Origin: Eledone cirrhosa
Lineage: Eukaryota
Reading direction: 5' to 3'
Length of the DNA stretch: 64,000 bases
Assembly: GCA_964016885.1 (NCBI GenBank)
Contig: OZ024747.1
Coordinates: 15,934,001-15,998,000 of the forward strand
Below the pieces are notes generated by a model. The model did not search any database. It saw only the letters and a program-made list of their open reading frames with translations, and was not told where the DNA came from. Within the stretch, counting starts at the first letter, position 1. Each line of letters opens with the position of its first letter. The position numbers and the translations under genes are program-made. Below, piece by piece: positions 1 through 16,084 of the stretch.

Positions 1-80
1 AAAGGCGAAGTAGAGCAAGTAAAATAAGTGCGAAACGAAAGAGTGGTCAAAAGTTTAACAGAATATAAGAGAGGCATTTA

Positions 81-135
<55 letters not shown>

Positions 136-198
136 TTATCTAGCTATCTATCTGTCTATCTATCTATATATTTAAGTGTTAAGTGTGTGTGTGGGGGG

Positions 199-264
<66 letters not shown>

Positions 265-402
265 TTTATTCCGGGTTCAATCGGGGCTAACCACAGTAAG
301 TAAGGTACTCAATACATAGCAGAGTATAAATGATAATTTCTCACGAATGAAACAGTTCTAGATCTGTAGAAGCCATTCCCTCTCTCTCTCTATATATATA
401 CA

Positions 403-528
<126 letters not shown>

Positions 529-614
529 GGTTATATTAGAGTTTACCAATATATATCCTGTTGAAGATTATGGAAGCTCGATGTTAATCATTACACTTGT
601 CAATCCGTAATCCA

Positions 615-701
<87 letters not shown>

Positions 702-954
702 GTTTATCCCGGATTCAATGGGGTCCGACGAGGTTTTGATTCCAGAGTCGGGCCAGATCGATATAGATCGAACCTTGAGCAGATCAGTAGCGAAACGTAC
801 GTCATCAACCAATAAACGTAATGAAGGAATAACCATTCGTCCTTGTATTATTATAATACACTCTGTCTAGCTCTACACATCGATACTGACGTGAACCTAC
901 ATATCGGGTGCTCACCCGGGTGAACCTACAGTAACTCCGCGTTACAGTCCCCGG

Positions 955-1047
<93 letters not shown>

Positions 1048-1158
1048 CGGAGGAAATGTGGTAAGGAACCAGGTAGACCATAACGCACCAAAGTACTCAA
1101 TACTTAGGGTAGTAGAGTGGGTAATAGGAACGAGTAGGACGTCGGGGTCCTACTCGTT

Positions 1159-1244
<86 letters not shown>

Positions 1245-3469
1245 GGTGTGTGTGTCCTTGTGTGCGTATATTATGTAAGCGTCACTGATCACAGTTAAAT
1301 ATCATGAAATATATGTTTCTATCTACATCTCTCTATCTTCTCTGTTACTTTTCTCTTTCTCTCTATATCAAATTCCCCTATACTTCCCCACCAGCGCTTG
1401 TCCACTTCTGTATCCGTTCATTAATCGATCCTCTTTCACCTCTTCCGTTTCACTTCTGACATTAACTGAAATCTCTTCCTCACACAGACACATAAACAAA
1501 ATGACACACGTACATATGCACTCATATATACATACGCACAACCAGACATATATTCAAACCCTCCTCTACAAACACAACATAACATAGAATGAAATTTTTA
1601 CTTATCACAACGATATCACAATGTTGACGACTGGAAAAGCATTATAATTGTACATTTTCCGAACTCATAACTTAACACACAAATACTCCCAAACGTATCC
1701 AAACACACAAACTCGCCCAAACACATACACATGCACAGAATCACGCATCCATACGTACACAAACACCTTGAAAGGTAGAGGAACACAGACACCCATGCAT
1801 ACAGAATATCATATAATCAAAAACGTAATCTTACACACAAATATACAAAGACACATGAACACATGCTTAATCAAACCCAGACACACAAAAAAGCAATCAC
1901 ACCTATATGTACTTTCACATATTTACGGAATTGCCCCAAACATTTCTACTAACGAAACATCCGAAGTGTTTTTTACCTTATTCAGTTTACAATGTCTGTT
2001 GATGGACTGAACGGTATTTTATACATTGTTATTTGCTGGATAGTTTGAGTAGTCATTAGTGCTTAACAATATTTCATCTAGCTTTTACTTTTCGTGTGCA
2101 AATCTCTCAGAAATGAACGTTGTTTCTCATATATTTGAGGTGGATAAAATAATGTGCCAGTAAAGTAAGGTGCTCAATACAATTGACATTTCCTTATCCC
2201 CAAAACTGGTGGTATTGTAACAAAATTAGAAATCATTAGGTGGATTGGCAGTATCGGTGGAGGGCCGAATGCCATGCTTTGCAACAAAGAGTTACGGCCT
2301 TTTATGATCTGAATTCAAATCCCGCCGAGGTTAACTGCCTTTCATCCTTACGAAGTCGATAAAATAAAGTACCAGTAATACACTGGGATAATTGCTGGCC
2401 TTGTGACAAAAGTAGAAACAATTATTTTCCTTGAAGGTCAGTGGGCTGGCTGCAACGTTAGAGTGTCGAACAAATGCTGACTAGATTTTCTTCAGGCTCT
2501 TTACGTTTTGAGGTCAAATCTCACTGAGGTGAATGAACTTTGTCTTTCATCATATCAAGGTGGATGAACTAAAATACCAGTAACGTACGGGCTTCAGTAT
2601 AATCGACCTTTCCCTCTACACAAATTCCTGGCAGTGTACCAATATTGGGAATAAATATTTTTTAAATTCTATTTTGATTATTATTATGTTTTTTTTTTTG
2701 TACTGTTGTCAAGGAGGCCCTTCCATTAACGATACTATTCAAAGATATTTACTTACTTACGTATGATTTCTTTCCTCACAGACAGTAGATATGCCTTAAA
2801 TAAGTGAAACATGTTAGATTATTTCATTAATAATATGTTATATTAATGTTCATAAATGAAGGAAATGTTATTAGTAGTACAATATTACGTAGGCTTGTAC
2901 AGTGTCCTTCCCGTTTTAGAAGATATCTCGTCTGGATCGCAATCAAAATGTAGATTCATTACAAATGGTTGTGGAATTATGTTTTAACCCATTATGTGTG
3001 GATTAGAGCATGGAAATGATCTTCTGGCACAGCCACGAATAAATACAATCCTTGAGAACTAAATTTGGATAGATGAGAAAATACATCACAATCTGGTAGA
3101 CAAAATCTGGTTGCCTCTTGTGTGGAGGTAGCATTAATCCATTACCCGATTTAATACCAACACTACCCCCAACAACAACAAACAACAGCAGCAGCAATAC
3201 CGCCACGACGACCAATACCATCGTTACCACCACCACAAACACATCTACCATCACCACCACCATTCATCAAAATCTCAACCACCACTACCACCATATACAT
3301 CAGAGTATTTCAGATGCAGGCATTCTAGTTTTTCCATTCATTCTGCAGAAATAGTTGTGCGATTAAAAAGAATCTATGTACTGAACAAGGTCGGATGTAC
3401 GTTTATTATAAGCAATATAAATCCATATACAATTTATCGACGGACACGCAACGTCTGTAATATAAGTAT

Positions 3470-3970
<501 letters not shown>

Positions 3971-4944
3971 TGTTTGTGCGACGTTTGTTTTACATCTCAT
4001 TCACAAAACAAAATTGACCCTTATTTTTCGCTTTAAAAAACTATACGTGTATTTCCTTTCTTCGTTATGAATACCATGCAGGGAGTCACAGAATACATGA
4101 ACTAATTTATCTTGATTAGTTTTGACATTTGTTAAACAAGAATGTAAAGCACGTAATAATACAAATGCAAACCGGATATACACAAAAATGTACTGCTGCA
4201 TTCTCTAAACTATGTTTTCTGGTGTTTATTGAATACATTTTCGGATAGACTTCAAGGAGCATTACAAAATGGTATATTATGAATGACGTTAATTCACTTG
4301 ATCTGCCTATTTCCGTTTTAATTTCAATGCATCCATTATATCATTAATTGCTTATTTGTGTGTTATATTATTTCTACAAACTACACATTTCTTCTTGTTC
4401 TGTGTTTCTTGAAAGATTTCTTAAAAGATTTCTTCAAATGTTATTTCGTCCGACCAATAATATTCCCAACAGATTTATCCTTATGAAAAATTAAATAATT
4501 GCTCCTTAGAAGCTTTTCACTCGAATCGTCTAGAAAAGCGGAAGAGACTCTTTCTGAATCTAATAAGAACTTTGTCCAGATAATCCCCAAATATTATTTT
4601 CATGTTGGCTAGACACAAAGACACTATTTTATACAGGAAGTAACTTTGGATAAATGTGACATTCATGCAATGTTTTCGAAATATATATTTGGAGAGAAAA
4701 GTAAAGTTAACTTATTGTTGACAGCGAATAGAAATCGGGATTCTGGCCTGACTTACTTTGAGTTTAGTTTGATTCTCTTCTACGCACTGTTCTGAAAATA
4801 TGAGATGGTTTGTTTCTTTCCTCAGCATGAAACCCGTATGTGTTAGGAAAGAGGAAATGTGTAAATACTTGGGAGAATCATAAACAACTGTGATGTAAAG
4901 TGTATCAGATTGCGGTGATTTATTGTGCTCAACTACCCGCGATA

Positions 4945-5135
4945 TAATTGTTTCTACTTTAGGCACAAGGCCAGCAATTACCCAGTACATTACTGGTACT
5001 TTATTTTATCGACCCCGTAAGGATGAAAGGCAAAGTTAACCTCGGCGGGATTTGAACTCAGAATGATAAGGGCCGTAACTCTATGCGTCAAAGCATGGCG
5101 TCCGACCCTCTACCGATACTGCCAATCCACCGCCC
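4945..5135 (-). mobile_element. tRNA-derived SINE, full length with TSD (major family, more than 25 copies in the window)
   Basis: A-box tggcagtatcgg, B-box gagttcaaatcc, core gcctttcatccttacggggtcgataaaataaagtaccag, TSD taccc(g/a)cgatataat. Other copies at about 2236, 10397, 15168, 15607, 16603, 24655, 26748, 29450, 36280, 37911, 43928, 45848, 51527, 51858, 52175, 52370 and 59530. Confidence 0.92.
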
Positions 5136-5544
5136 TACCCACGATATAATGATGTTTTAATAGTATTGTTATATATTAAATTACACACATAATTTATTTA
5201 CGACCGGCCCTAACGGTTTCTTTTACTAGTTTCAGTCATTGGGTCGCATCCATGCTGTAACACAAGATTCAAGTTATTTAGTCTGTCACATCACCTATAT
5301 TATTTATTTTTCAAGCTTGTTACTTCTTTTATCGATCCTTATTATCGAACCGCACTATCGTCGAATCAAAGTGGACTTCATAACCACAGAGGTGAGAAGT
5401 GGAGTATATACAGTTGAATCGTTTTCCGTCCAGAATTCTTCAACGATGTATATGAAATAAAATAGTGTCGAATGCCCAATGAGATAACATGGAGGTTTCA
5501 ACGTTTGAAAAGTTAACTTCTTGCTTTTCAGGACTTAGTACTCT

Positions 5545-5660
5545 GTTCCTTTTTTTCTATTCTATTCTAAGGCGGGTAAAATTCCCGAGATCCATGGACG
5601 AGTTTTCTCCAGCGGTCTCTGTCCCTCATTATCGCTGCCATGTCCTGTGTCTGTTCCTTA
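5545..5660 (-). mobile_element. RTE-like LINE extreme 3' remnant
   Basis: Minus strand MRDRDRWRKLV followed by an (AATAG)n tail. Confidence 0.5.
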
Positions 5661-6478
5661 TAAGGTTATATCTATAGTAAAATTTTATAACAGCTATGAA
5701 AGGCGAGGAAACATTTGAAAATTACACTATACCCTTGAGTCTCTATTTAATGATATTTATTATTATTATTTTGTATCGAGGCCTACGCTGTATATGCTAC
5801 TTATATATGGATATGTAGATTTAGTAATTGTGTCACGTTTGTTTACATGACCACTAATACAGTGCAGTAATATTAAATGGATGAGAATTGTAAGCCTTTG
5901 ATCGGCTGTTTCATATGTCATAGGTGTATACATGACTGGGCGTTTAAGAGGTTTACTTTGAAAATGGATGATTAAGGTTCCAGCCCAGCTACTTGGCACT
6001 TTATGCATGTGTCTTAGACTATAGCCATGGATTGATCGATGCTTTGCGAACGACATTTGGTAGATGGAAACTGCGGATTTACCTCATGTATATATAAATA
6101 AATTCATATATACATGCACACATGTATAAGCATGTTCGTGTCTCTGCTAACCTTTATTGTTTGTTTGCGTTTTGTAAGTTAGCAGTTAGAAAAATGCGCA
6201 TCCAGAAAGTAATTGACAAACTTGAAAACAGTAAATACTTTGGTTAAAAGGAACGATAAAATCTGTATGCATGGCTGCAATCTAATAATTGAAAAGAATA
6301 AAAGAATAAAAGGATAAAGAAATATGTAGAATTGGTTATACGCGCAAGTTTATTTACCTAAGTACGTATAACGTGCTGCACTGTTGATAAAATAGTGGTA
6401 TGAACTCATGATCAAATATATAATAACATTTCAATTAACGTTAATATAGCTATTTATTATACATATTTTCTATTTTAA

Positions 6479-6690
6479 CCCTTCACATTACTTTATATTT
6501 ACTATTGTATTGTCATGGTAAAGGTTTTACCTCACATAATATGTGACATAATATCAAATCCATGAGATTCTGATGTTATTTATTTTGAAAACAATACCTT
6601 AACATCAATAAGAGTGGCTGGTTACAACCAGCTTGAGCAGAAAGAGGTGAGAGATTTCTGGCGGATATGGACGGTTTAAATGCTGAAGGG
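6479..6690. mobile_element. piggyBac-like MITE
   Basis: TTAA|cccttca...tgaaggg|TTAA termini. A diverged inverted copy lies at about 28988-29207. Confidence 0.7.
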
Positions 6691-7511
6691 TTAAGAATCG
6701 CTTTATATACGGTAAAATTTAACAAATATGATATTTCAAGCCGCAATCTGTACACTGAGTTCAAATCGCAGTGAGGTCAGCTTCGTTGTTGAATATTTCC
6801 TGGAACGATAGATAAAGTACAATTTTTAAATAATGGAATAGCTGAACCAACCGACCATATATTGCAGTACCGCTGTGCGTTCTGAGATCAAATTTCCTCT
6901 CTCACCATCTTTATCTTTCAACATTCGTGTTATAAACATCAACATTTTTGGCTTTCTTTTCTCATGTTTTTTTCTTTCATGAAAAAAAATGAACAACAAT
7001 CGCATGATGAGAATATCTTTTGAAAAATTCACAGATTCATAAAATGTACTTATTTCAAATTTGACAACATTGATTAGTTTAAAATGATTCTTTCGCAAAA
7101 TTTAAGATTTAAAATGTTTGAGATTCATTTGTATCTTTAAAGATTACATAGTTTAAATTGTATGAAAGATTTAAAGTACTGTTTTTATCTACTTCCTCTG
7201 TCTTTGACTCTTATGGTCGTGCTCTCTCTCTCTCCTTCTCTTTCCCCCTCTCTCATTCTTTCTCTCCCCTCTCTCTCTCTATATATATGAATATTTATAA
7301 ACATATATATTCATATACAAATATATGTATGTATTTATTTATTTATATATATATATATTTGCTTAGATACATATGTATATATACATGTGTAAGATTATCT
7401 TAACTGTTAAATGAACATAATTTAACCAGTTCATTTTCTATTTTTATTTTCAAAAATACATATATAATATATCGAAAATGAAAAAATTTAATAATGGCAA
7501 ATTAAAACGCC

Positions 7512-7610
7512 AAGAAGAAGAAGAAGAAGAAGAAGAAGAAGAAGAAGAAGAAGAAGAAGAAGAAGAAGAAGAAGAAGAAGAAGAAGAAGAAGAAGAAGAA
7601 GAAGAAGAAG
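7512..7610. repeat. (GAA)n microsatellite
   Basis: About 32 perfect units. Confidence 0.95.
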
Positions 7611-8058
7611 ACGACAATGACGACAACAACGACGATGACGAAGTTGATAAACCTACAGATAACAAATACACTAAACAAAACAAACAAAAAAAGACAGACT
7701 AATAAACAACAACAAAAATATGACCATTAATGTCAAATTAACATACTTTGCATATTTTCACTGCCATTGTTAACATAACAAGGGAGATATATGCAAACAA
7801 CTTGCTTTTTCAAGAACTATTTGATTGCTTAGAATATACAGATGAAGAAATATAATTTAAAATTTACAATTAAATCTACATTGAAACTCTTCACATTTAT
7901 GGGAATTCTACGAGATGTTCTCTTCGGACATACACATGTATCTGTCCATGTATGTGGGTACCTATGTATGTGTGTATATATGTATGCATGTATGCATGTA
8001 TGCTTGTAGGCATGCGCTTATATTTGTATGTATGAAAGTATATAGGCTTGCATAGATG

Positions 8059-8128
<70 letters not shown>

Positions 8129-8204
8129 TATATTTCATTATATTATATTATATTATATTATATCATTATATATATATATATATAATATTATTTTATATAT
8201 ATGA

Positions 8205-8261
<57 letters not shown>

Positions 8262-9086
8262 ATATATATATATATATATATATACAATAATCGCTTATAA
8301 CACAGTGACTGAAACTATCAAGTACACACATTCAGACACGTTTTCCACATTTATACATTTATATAGGTATGTTTATCTAAACGCATATATAATTATGCAG
8401 TTTGTTTTGTTATATTTGTTACTTCTGTTTACTTTTTACATATATGCATATATATATAGGGTTGGGGTGTGTGTGTTAAATCGATTTTGATCTAAAGTAA
8501 AAAGAATAATTGCCTGATAATTGCATGCATTTGTCCAAGTGCAAATAGAAGGCGTAGAGTGGGGCGTGTAGGTAGAAATTGAGAATTATGTATGATCTTC
8601 ATATGTAGCAATCCTTAACAACTACCTAAACATCCAGTAACCTAAACTAATCAGCTATTTTACCAGCATGCCACTCAGGCATCCCGAACGCCAGCTAACT
8701 AGCGAGATAACAGGCTAGCCAACCAGCCAGAGGAAACCATTATTTGCATGAAACCCTTGTAAACACTTGAATAAGTTAATTCAAGAATTACCGTATTGAA
8801 ATTTTGGAACGATTTTGCTAAAATGTTTCCATTGATATACATTGTCAGGAGAAAGTTTAATTGAAGATATGTTTTATAGCGGTCGTTCTTGTTTTTGTAG
8901 TTGATGTTTTTGTTGTTCTTCCCTTTTTTTTTTATTTTGCCATATAGGATGTGGAAAATAAATGATAAGTTTGAGGATGAAAAGAATCGCACATTTATTT
9001 GAAACATTATTAGGAGGGAGAAGAAGCGTCAGACGGATTTAGGAATGGTAGTGGAAGGCGCGTGAGAAAGGCTAAAAAAAGTAGTG

Positions 9087-9185
<99 letters not shown>

Positions 9186-9638
9186 TATATATATATATTT
9201 TTATATATATACATATATAAGTATGCACAAACTCACACATACACACACACACTCATACACACAAAAACACATACGGAGAAATATATATATTTAAAAACGT
9301 TGCTTTTTTTTCATGCTTTCCGCGAGTAGTTTTTATATAAGTGAGTTTTCCGTCAAAATTTCTTTTTATATATGAATCATCTTTATGAAGGTGTTGTGGT
9401 AAAGTTGGAAGTGGAGTTGAACAATCAAGATTCAATTGAATTCAGTTGGTTAAAAATAGAGAATCCTCTTACCATTCATAATAGTGGACCAGATGGCATT
9501 TTTGTTATGTGTGTGTGTGTGTTTTATATGTGGGTATTGAGGTAAGGTTCAATTGCGTCGAAATGTCAGTCTTTGGGGTTTGTGAAAGGTACTGAAAAAT
9601 ATTAGGAATGGGTATAGTGTTTTTCCTTTGTCTTCTGT

Positions 9639-9692
<54 letters not shown>

Positions 9693-9859
9693 TGTGTGTG
9701 TGTGAATGTGTATGTGTGAGTGTGTGTGTATGTGTGTGCATGTGTGTATGTGTGTGTCTCTTTGTGTGTGTGTATGTATGTCTATGTTTGGTTGGTCTGC
9801 CCTCAAGCTTTACCTAAATATACCAGATTTGTTTGGTGTATATTAGTGGACGTCTACGT

Positions 9860-10310
9860 GAACTAGTAGTAGAACGGGAAATGTCCCAGTTCAGGGAACC
9901 GAGAGGCGCTGGCGCTGATGAGGAAGGACCAAAACAAATAGGACCATATAGATAAGTTCAGGTCCATAACTCTGCTAAATGCAGAGTTTAAAATGTTGGC
10001 CTAGGTGTTTTGTGACGAGGTAAGCACATGTCATACGTGGTCTAGTAGGAGAGGCAGAAATATGTACCGTTCCCGATAGATCCATTTAGAACACCCCCCG
10101 CCTCATGCCATACATCATAGAGAGGGTGGCTAAGAAACCTGGTACGTATGGGGTCCTTTCAATAGGGTCGAACATTGGTAACTGGCGTCGGTCGACAAGG
10201 CAGCGGGCCTCTTCTATTCGGATGATGCACAGCTACATTTGTTCATAGGTTAATCTGATGGACCACCTCTCGGAACCGTTCAACATCATACTCTCGGTTC
10301 TCATCTCTGT
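9860..10310 (+). mobile_element. Degenerate Tx1/L1 RT fragment
   Basis: ALMRKD..FRSITLLNAEFKMLA-like translation. The segment ctcggaaccgttcaacatcat matches the reverse complement of 55600-55620. Confidence 0.65.
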
Positions 10311-12189
10311 TGTATGTTTGAACTCTAGAGCAACATCTACACAAATTAGAGATGTTGAGAGACATCCCACAGAAACTAATATTTTTAAGGAAAATAATTG
10401 TTTATACTTTAGGCACAAGGCCAGCAAATACCCAGTACATTACTGGTACTTTATTTTATCGACCTCGTAAGGATGAAAGGCAAAGTTAACCTCGGCGGGA
10501 TTTGAACTCAGACTGTAAAGGGACGTAACTATGCTAGAAAGCATGTCTGACCTTCTACCGATACTGCCAATTCACCGCCCATTTTTAAGGAAAATAATAG
10601 TAATAAATATATTAATTAATTGATAAATAACAATAGATATTTCTTTATTTGCCTCAAGGGCTTGTTCATAGTAATACAATAAATATTATAAACATAGGGG
10701 TTACAATACATATGAGACTGGACAGACAGCTTTATATAAAGTAGGTTCAAGAAATATGAATTTAGCAATAATAATGTTGAGAATTATGAGGATATTATTG
10801 ATAATGATGATGACAATCTTGATGTTGTTGATAACAGGATAACGTGATGATGATGATAATGATGGTGGTGGTTGTGGTGAAGATATTGATGATAATGATG
10901 ATGTGGTTGAGGAAGGGAGGATTAGGTAGTGGTGGTGTAATTGTGGTGATGGTGGTGGATGATGATGAGAATTATGATGATTTCAGTATGCAAGCCCGAA
11001 GGTGTATTTTTTCACTTTTAGCTGTTATTAACCAACCGATTATTTCAATAGTGGACGTTAAAAAGGTCTTATGATGGCACCCTGGGAATTGGTTTCCTTT
11101 CTATTGATTCGAACCCTCGGGCACGGGGAAATTACATGGTATTAAAGCCAAGCTATATACTGAAACGACTCAGTGAACGAAAAAATGGCGGGTCTTCCTT
11201 TGTTGGTTCCTATTGATGATTCAAATGACAGTCGAGATAATTTTCTTATCTTATTTTCATTTATTTATTCATATATGTATTTATTTTTCCTATTTTTGTA
11301 TATTGCCGTATGGTCCATTTTTCTGTAGTTTTTGATGTTATCGTTTTTTTGTCATATTTGTTGTTATTGTTGTTATAGATGTTCTTATTGTTGCTGCTGT
11401 CGTCGTAGTTGTTTAGCTGCAGACCAGATCTGATAGCGATGATATATGACCAAACTCTGGTGTATTTTTAGTTAGATTTAGAGAACAATTATTAGCATAT
11501 TATGCTAGACAGTATAGAGAATCCGTTGAAATGTAGCATTCTCTGTATCTTCATATTTGGGGAGGGCAAATCATATTTAACCATGTAGACAAATGGTATA
11601 CTAATTCTATAAGTCTGCTGTAGAGATCTAACTTCTTTGCATTACATATTATAATCCAAATATATTTTGTCGAACAATTCCTACGGCTAGTAACCATTTA
11701 TAGAAATGTACTTAAACATTCACTATTCAATTACAATCCTACGAATGTATAATACAAGAAACAATTAATTCTTAATGGATATCATCACTACATATCATTA
11801 TTTATATTCATTTTCGAGAAAATTAAATGTAAAAAATATATACATTTCATTAATTTTGTAAATTATTTCTATTGCAAACTCTATACAATTGTAATTGTAA
11901 ATCTAAATGACATTTCTAATACATATATAACTTTTATTTATATATGTCTATTTTCATTCATATGCAAACTTTTCTGCACTTTATATTTATCTTTTCTATA
12001 TGTACACATTTACAACAGTCGACGTTTCACATTATCGTGACGTTTCCCATTATCTTCAGCAATCTCCCCACTAAGTGACGTTTCAAATAACGAGTATGTT
12101 CTTGAATGAAGAAATCCAACTGTCCTTTCTGCATTCAAACACTGTTTTCTGCTTGTTCTAGCAAATAGGTGATCTATTATTCCATTGAT

Positions 12190-12303
<114 letters not shown>

Positions 12304-12530
12304 AGTTTCACCTTCGCGGATCCTCAGCACGTAATCTATATATATATATTCTTATACTTGTGGAGGGTCATATTGTTGTAATAATATTGACAGAAATAAT
12401 AATAGAACACATACTGTTTGGTTGATTTTCGCTTCTGTATCTTTTATAACTCCATAGTTAAATTATTTGGCAATCAATGTTTATCATTGATTGACCAACA
12501 GTTAACAATACATATATAAATATATATATA

Positions 12531-12582
12531 TAGTATATCAAAGTTTTTTCGTTGCACATCTGCAACATCATCAGTGGTACTA
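12531..12582 (-). ncRNA. Hammerhead ribozyme-like motif, stems I and III degenerate
   Basis: tagtacca-CTGATGA-tgttgca(gatg)tgcaac-GAAA-aaactt..tacta, with a perfect 6-bp stem II. Confidence 0.45.
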
Positions 12583-13139
12583 TTATTATGTACCCTCCTA
12601 TTGTATTGTAATGTCTACGCCATTTTTATTTTATATATATATTGTTATACTTGGAGAGGGTCATATTGTTATAATATTGCCAGAAATAGTAACAGAACAC
12701 GCTCATTGTTTGGTTGGCTTTCGCCTCTGTATCTTTTATAACTCCATATATAAAAGATACAGAAGCGAAAACAACCAAGCAGTGAATGTGTTCTGTTATT
12801 ATTTCTGGCAATATTATAACATTATGACCCTCCCCAAGTATAACAATATTTGTTTCGACACACGATTTCATAGCAAAAATCTTGCAAAACATATATATAT
12901 ATATATATATATGTATGTTCTTCTGGTTTTATAATTTCACAAGGTTTTACCAATACATAGAGAGTCGGTTTCTAACATAGACACAATACTCTCTCATTGG
13001 AACTTACACAACATCAACTAGGTAGATATGTATGTATGCATGTGTAGATATGGATGTTATTGTACGTGTGGATGGGGATGTTTTGAGTTCTATGTGTGCA
13101 TGTGTATATGCTTTGCATCTGTACATGTGTATATGCAGT

Positions 13140-15015
13140 TATTAGAAGCAACATTTTTGGAATGTTTTACATATTTTTACTGTTCCATTGTACTTGTAAT
13201 TTCCTAACTAGTTGTTTTTTTCTGTTCCTGTGAAGCCAAGCTTGTATTGAGGCAGTTACTAACATATCCCAGTGCCCCAATAATCACAGGCATAAATCTG
13301 AAGGTCTAATCAGGGTGGAGTATCTGCAGATTTCTCAACAGTTCTGCATAAATATTCTCCTTTTCACTTATCTTTAATATTATATTGGCATCTGCTGGGC
13401 AGCTAATTCCACTACTGTGCATGTTTTCTTCTCCCTGTCCCATATCATAATATCTGGTATGTCATGCCTGCATTTTATTGGGGTTTTTACTGGAATATTC
13501 CACCAGTACTCTTTCATATTATGTATATGGATGTCTTCCACATTGTTGTAGCTTTTAATGTGTTTATTATCGGGGCTATCTTTTTTAAGAACTGCATTGT
13601 ACAGTGTTTTGGCCACTATATCATGCCTCATAGGTAGATAGTACCGCGATGACATCTTTGGACAGCTGGTGATGACATGGGTGATATCCTCGATGTTAGT
13701 TCTGCAGAGTCTGCACTTGTTATCACATCTAGGTGTTTTGCCTGCATCCTATCTCTTTTGTGAATCAGGTATTTCGTGCTAATCTCCTGTTCCTGGATTG
13801 CAAAAGCGTATCCTTCCAAGTGGGAGCCAATATAGCGGTTGGTCCAAGATAGACTACTTTCCTTATCTATATTACTCTCACTCTGGAGCTTCCTGGCAAC
13901 ATATCCATGCATGATTTTTTGCTGATAGGCATGCAGTTTTTCATCCATGGATTCACTGCGATACTGCTGAGCGACATCCCTGGGTGTGAGTTTTTGATTA
14001 TCACACAGGGAATATCTCTCAAGGAGTTCCTTCCCAACTCTCATGATTTTATCTGTTTCATGCAGATAGAATTGCTCGAGAAACGGGCTCCTACACTTCG
14101 AGGTTCGTAGATGTTGTCGGAGAGATATGATGCGACATTCAAATGTCGTCTGGACAGATGTTAAGCCTCTGCTTGTCTGCTTACGTTTCAAATAAAGGCG
14201 GTCTATGTCACTGTTGATGTGGAAGTTTCCGGTGTTGTTCAGTATTTTTCGAGTTCCAACATCAACTGCTCGGATTTCGTCTATCGTCAAATTCAGTATT
14301 CCAAACGTTGGTGTTAGGACAGGCGCAGCAAACACATTGTGAGCCACTGTTTTGTTTTGCGCAGAGAGTTCCGATGACCAGATCTTTCTTAATCGGGTGT
14401 AGTATTCCCTGGTTACGCGTTCTTTATTACAGATACCATTTAGGATATGTTCTCATCTATCCCCAGTTATCTGTACCAGTCCTCATCAGATATCGGTGAA
14501 ACAGCTAGACCATTGATGACAATGTTGATAGATTGGGTTGTTGTTTTTCCCCGCTTTACAGTCATGTATGAGCATTTATCTTGGCCAAACTCCATTCCTA
14601 TAACCTTTGAGAACGTTGTAACCAGGTCAAGATTTTTCTTCATCGCATCCATGTTCTTAGCATAGAGTTTCAGATCGTCCACAAAGAAATGATGGGTTAG
14701 GTTCGTATTTCTGTCCTCCTGTGAGCCAATGATGTATCCTTCACATTTTTTTAGGAGAAAGGACAAGAGATTTAATGACAAGATGAACAATATCACAGGA
14801 GACTGTCCCCCTGAAATATACCCCTGCAACATTTTATTTTATCAGTGAAAATAGAGTCCTCCCTCTCTGTCTTTAACCTTAGGATAGTAGCCCAAGAAGA
14901 AGACAGCCTCTCTATGGCTCTGACAATAATGTCTGGGACTTTAGCAAGTTGGAGGGCCTCTATCATCCAAGAGTGGGGAACAGAATCCAAAGCTTTCCCG
15001 TAGTCCAGCCAGACA
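13140..15015 (-). mobile_element. R4/Dong-clade non-LTR retrotransposon fragment (RT + CCHC + restriction-like endonuclease), degenerate
   Basis: Frameshifted ORFs give DSVPHSW, RGIFQGDS, FVDDLKLYA, GMEFGQDKC, AIQEQEISTKY, MRHDIVAK, PDIMIWDREKK and a terminal PVIIGALG. Confidence 0.88.
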
Positions 15016-16084
15016 TATTAAGTTTAATTAAGAATTTATATAATTTAATTTAACTCATTATAGATTATTATTTTTAATTTTAAGGTAAGATATTCTATAA
15101 ATATTTTGTTACAACTTTAAAAGAATTAAAGCGTATTTAAATAATTATTAAATATGTATTAAAATATAATTGTTTCTACTTTTGGCACAAGGCCAGCAAT
15201 TACCCAGTGCATTACTGGTACTTTATTTTATCGACCCCGTAAGGATGAAAGGCAAAGTCAACCTCGGCGGGATTTGAACTCAGATCGTAAAGGGACGTAA
15301 CTATGCTGGAAAGCATGGCGTCCGACCCTCTACCGATACTGCCAATCCACCGCCCTATGTATTAAAATATGTATTAAAATATAATACCATGCATATATCA
15401 CCATCAATACATATAATATATTTAGATCATTTATTACCCAAATTATTTAATTTAATTAGGATATTCTTTTTATAAAATCTTTACTATTCTTTAATTTTCG
15501 TTTAATTCCTAGGATTAAACTGCAGTTATATTTACTCTCAAAAGTTTTATTTCATTAATTTAATGAAAGATTATATTTACTTCTGTATTTACTTATTAAT
15601 CTACAAGGGCGGTAGATTGGCAGTATCGGTAGAGGGTCTGACGCCATGCTTTGCAGCAAAGAGTTACGTCCCTTTATGGTCTTAGTTCAAATCCCGCCGA
15701 GGTTAACTTTGCCTTTCATCCTTATGGGGTCGATAAAATAAAGTACCAGTAATGTAATGGGTATTTGCTGGCCTTGTGCCAAAAGTAGAAACAAATCTAC
15801 ATATTTCATATCTAATATAATTTAGCAAGCTAGTCAAAAAGAAAAGAAATGTTTACGGTCAATGTAAACAAAAGGAAGATAACTCATTCACCATATACAA
15901 ACATTTAAAACTTATTTCTACTCTCACGTCCAGCGATATTTCAAAACCATAAAGCATCTATTGTCTAGTTAAATATTGAACTGTCCTAATCAAAACATAG
16001 GATAATGAGACTCTTAATGAAATTATTCTAATACATATAAATATCAATAAATTATTATCACAATAAGGCAAAACTTATATATAT

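Noticed and set aside
7478-7702. Poly-Glu acidic ORF
   Set aside because: It is a (GAA)n microsatellite with no supporting exon context.
8699-9007. 102-aa minus-strand ORF or a second host gene in 1-29 kb
   Set aside because: It is low-complexity Lys/Asn-rich with no recognisable domain, and no consistent exon chain was found. Small exons cannot be excluded without RNA data.
9910-9930. CTGATGA motif as a ribozyme core
   Set aside because: It lies within Tx1 RT coding remnant sequence, with no stems or GAAA partner.
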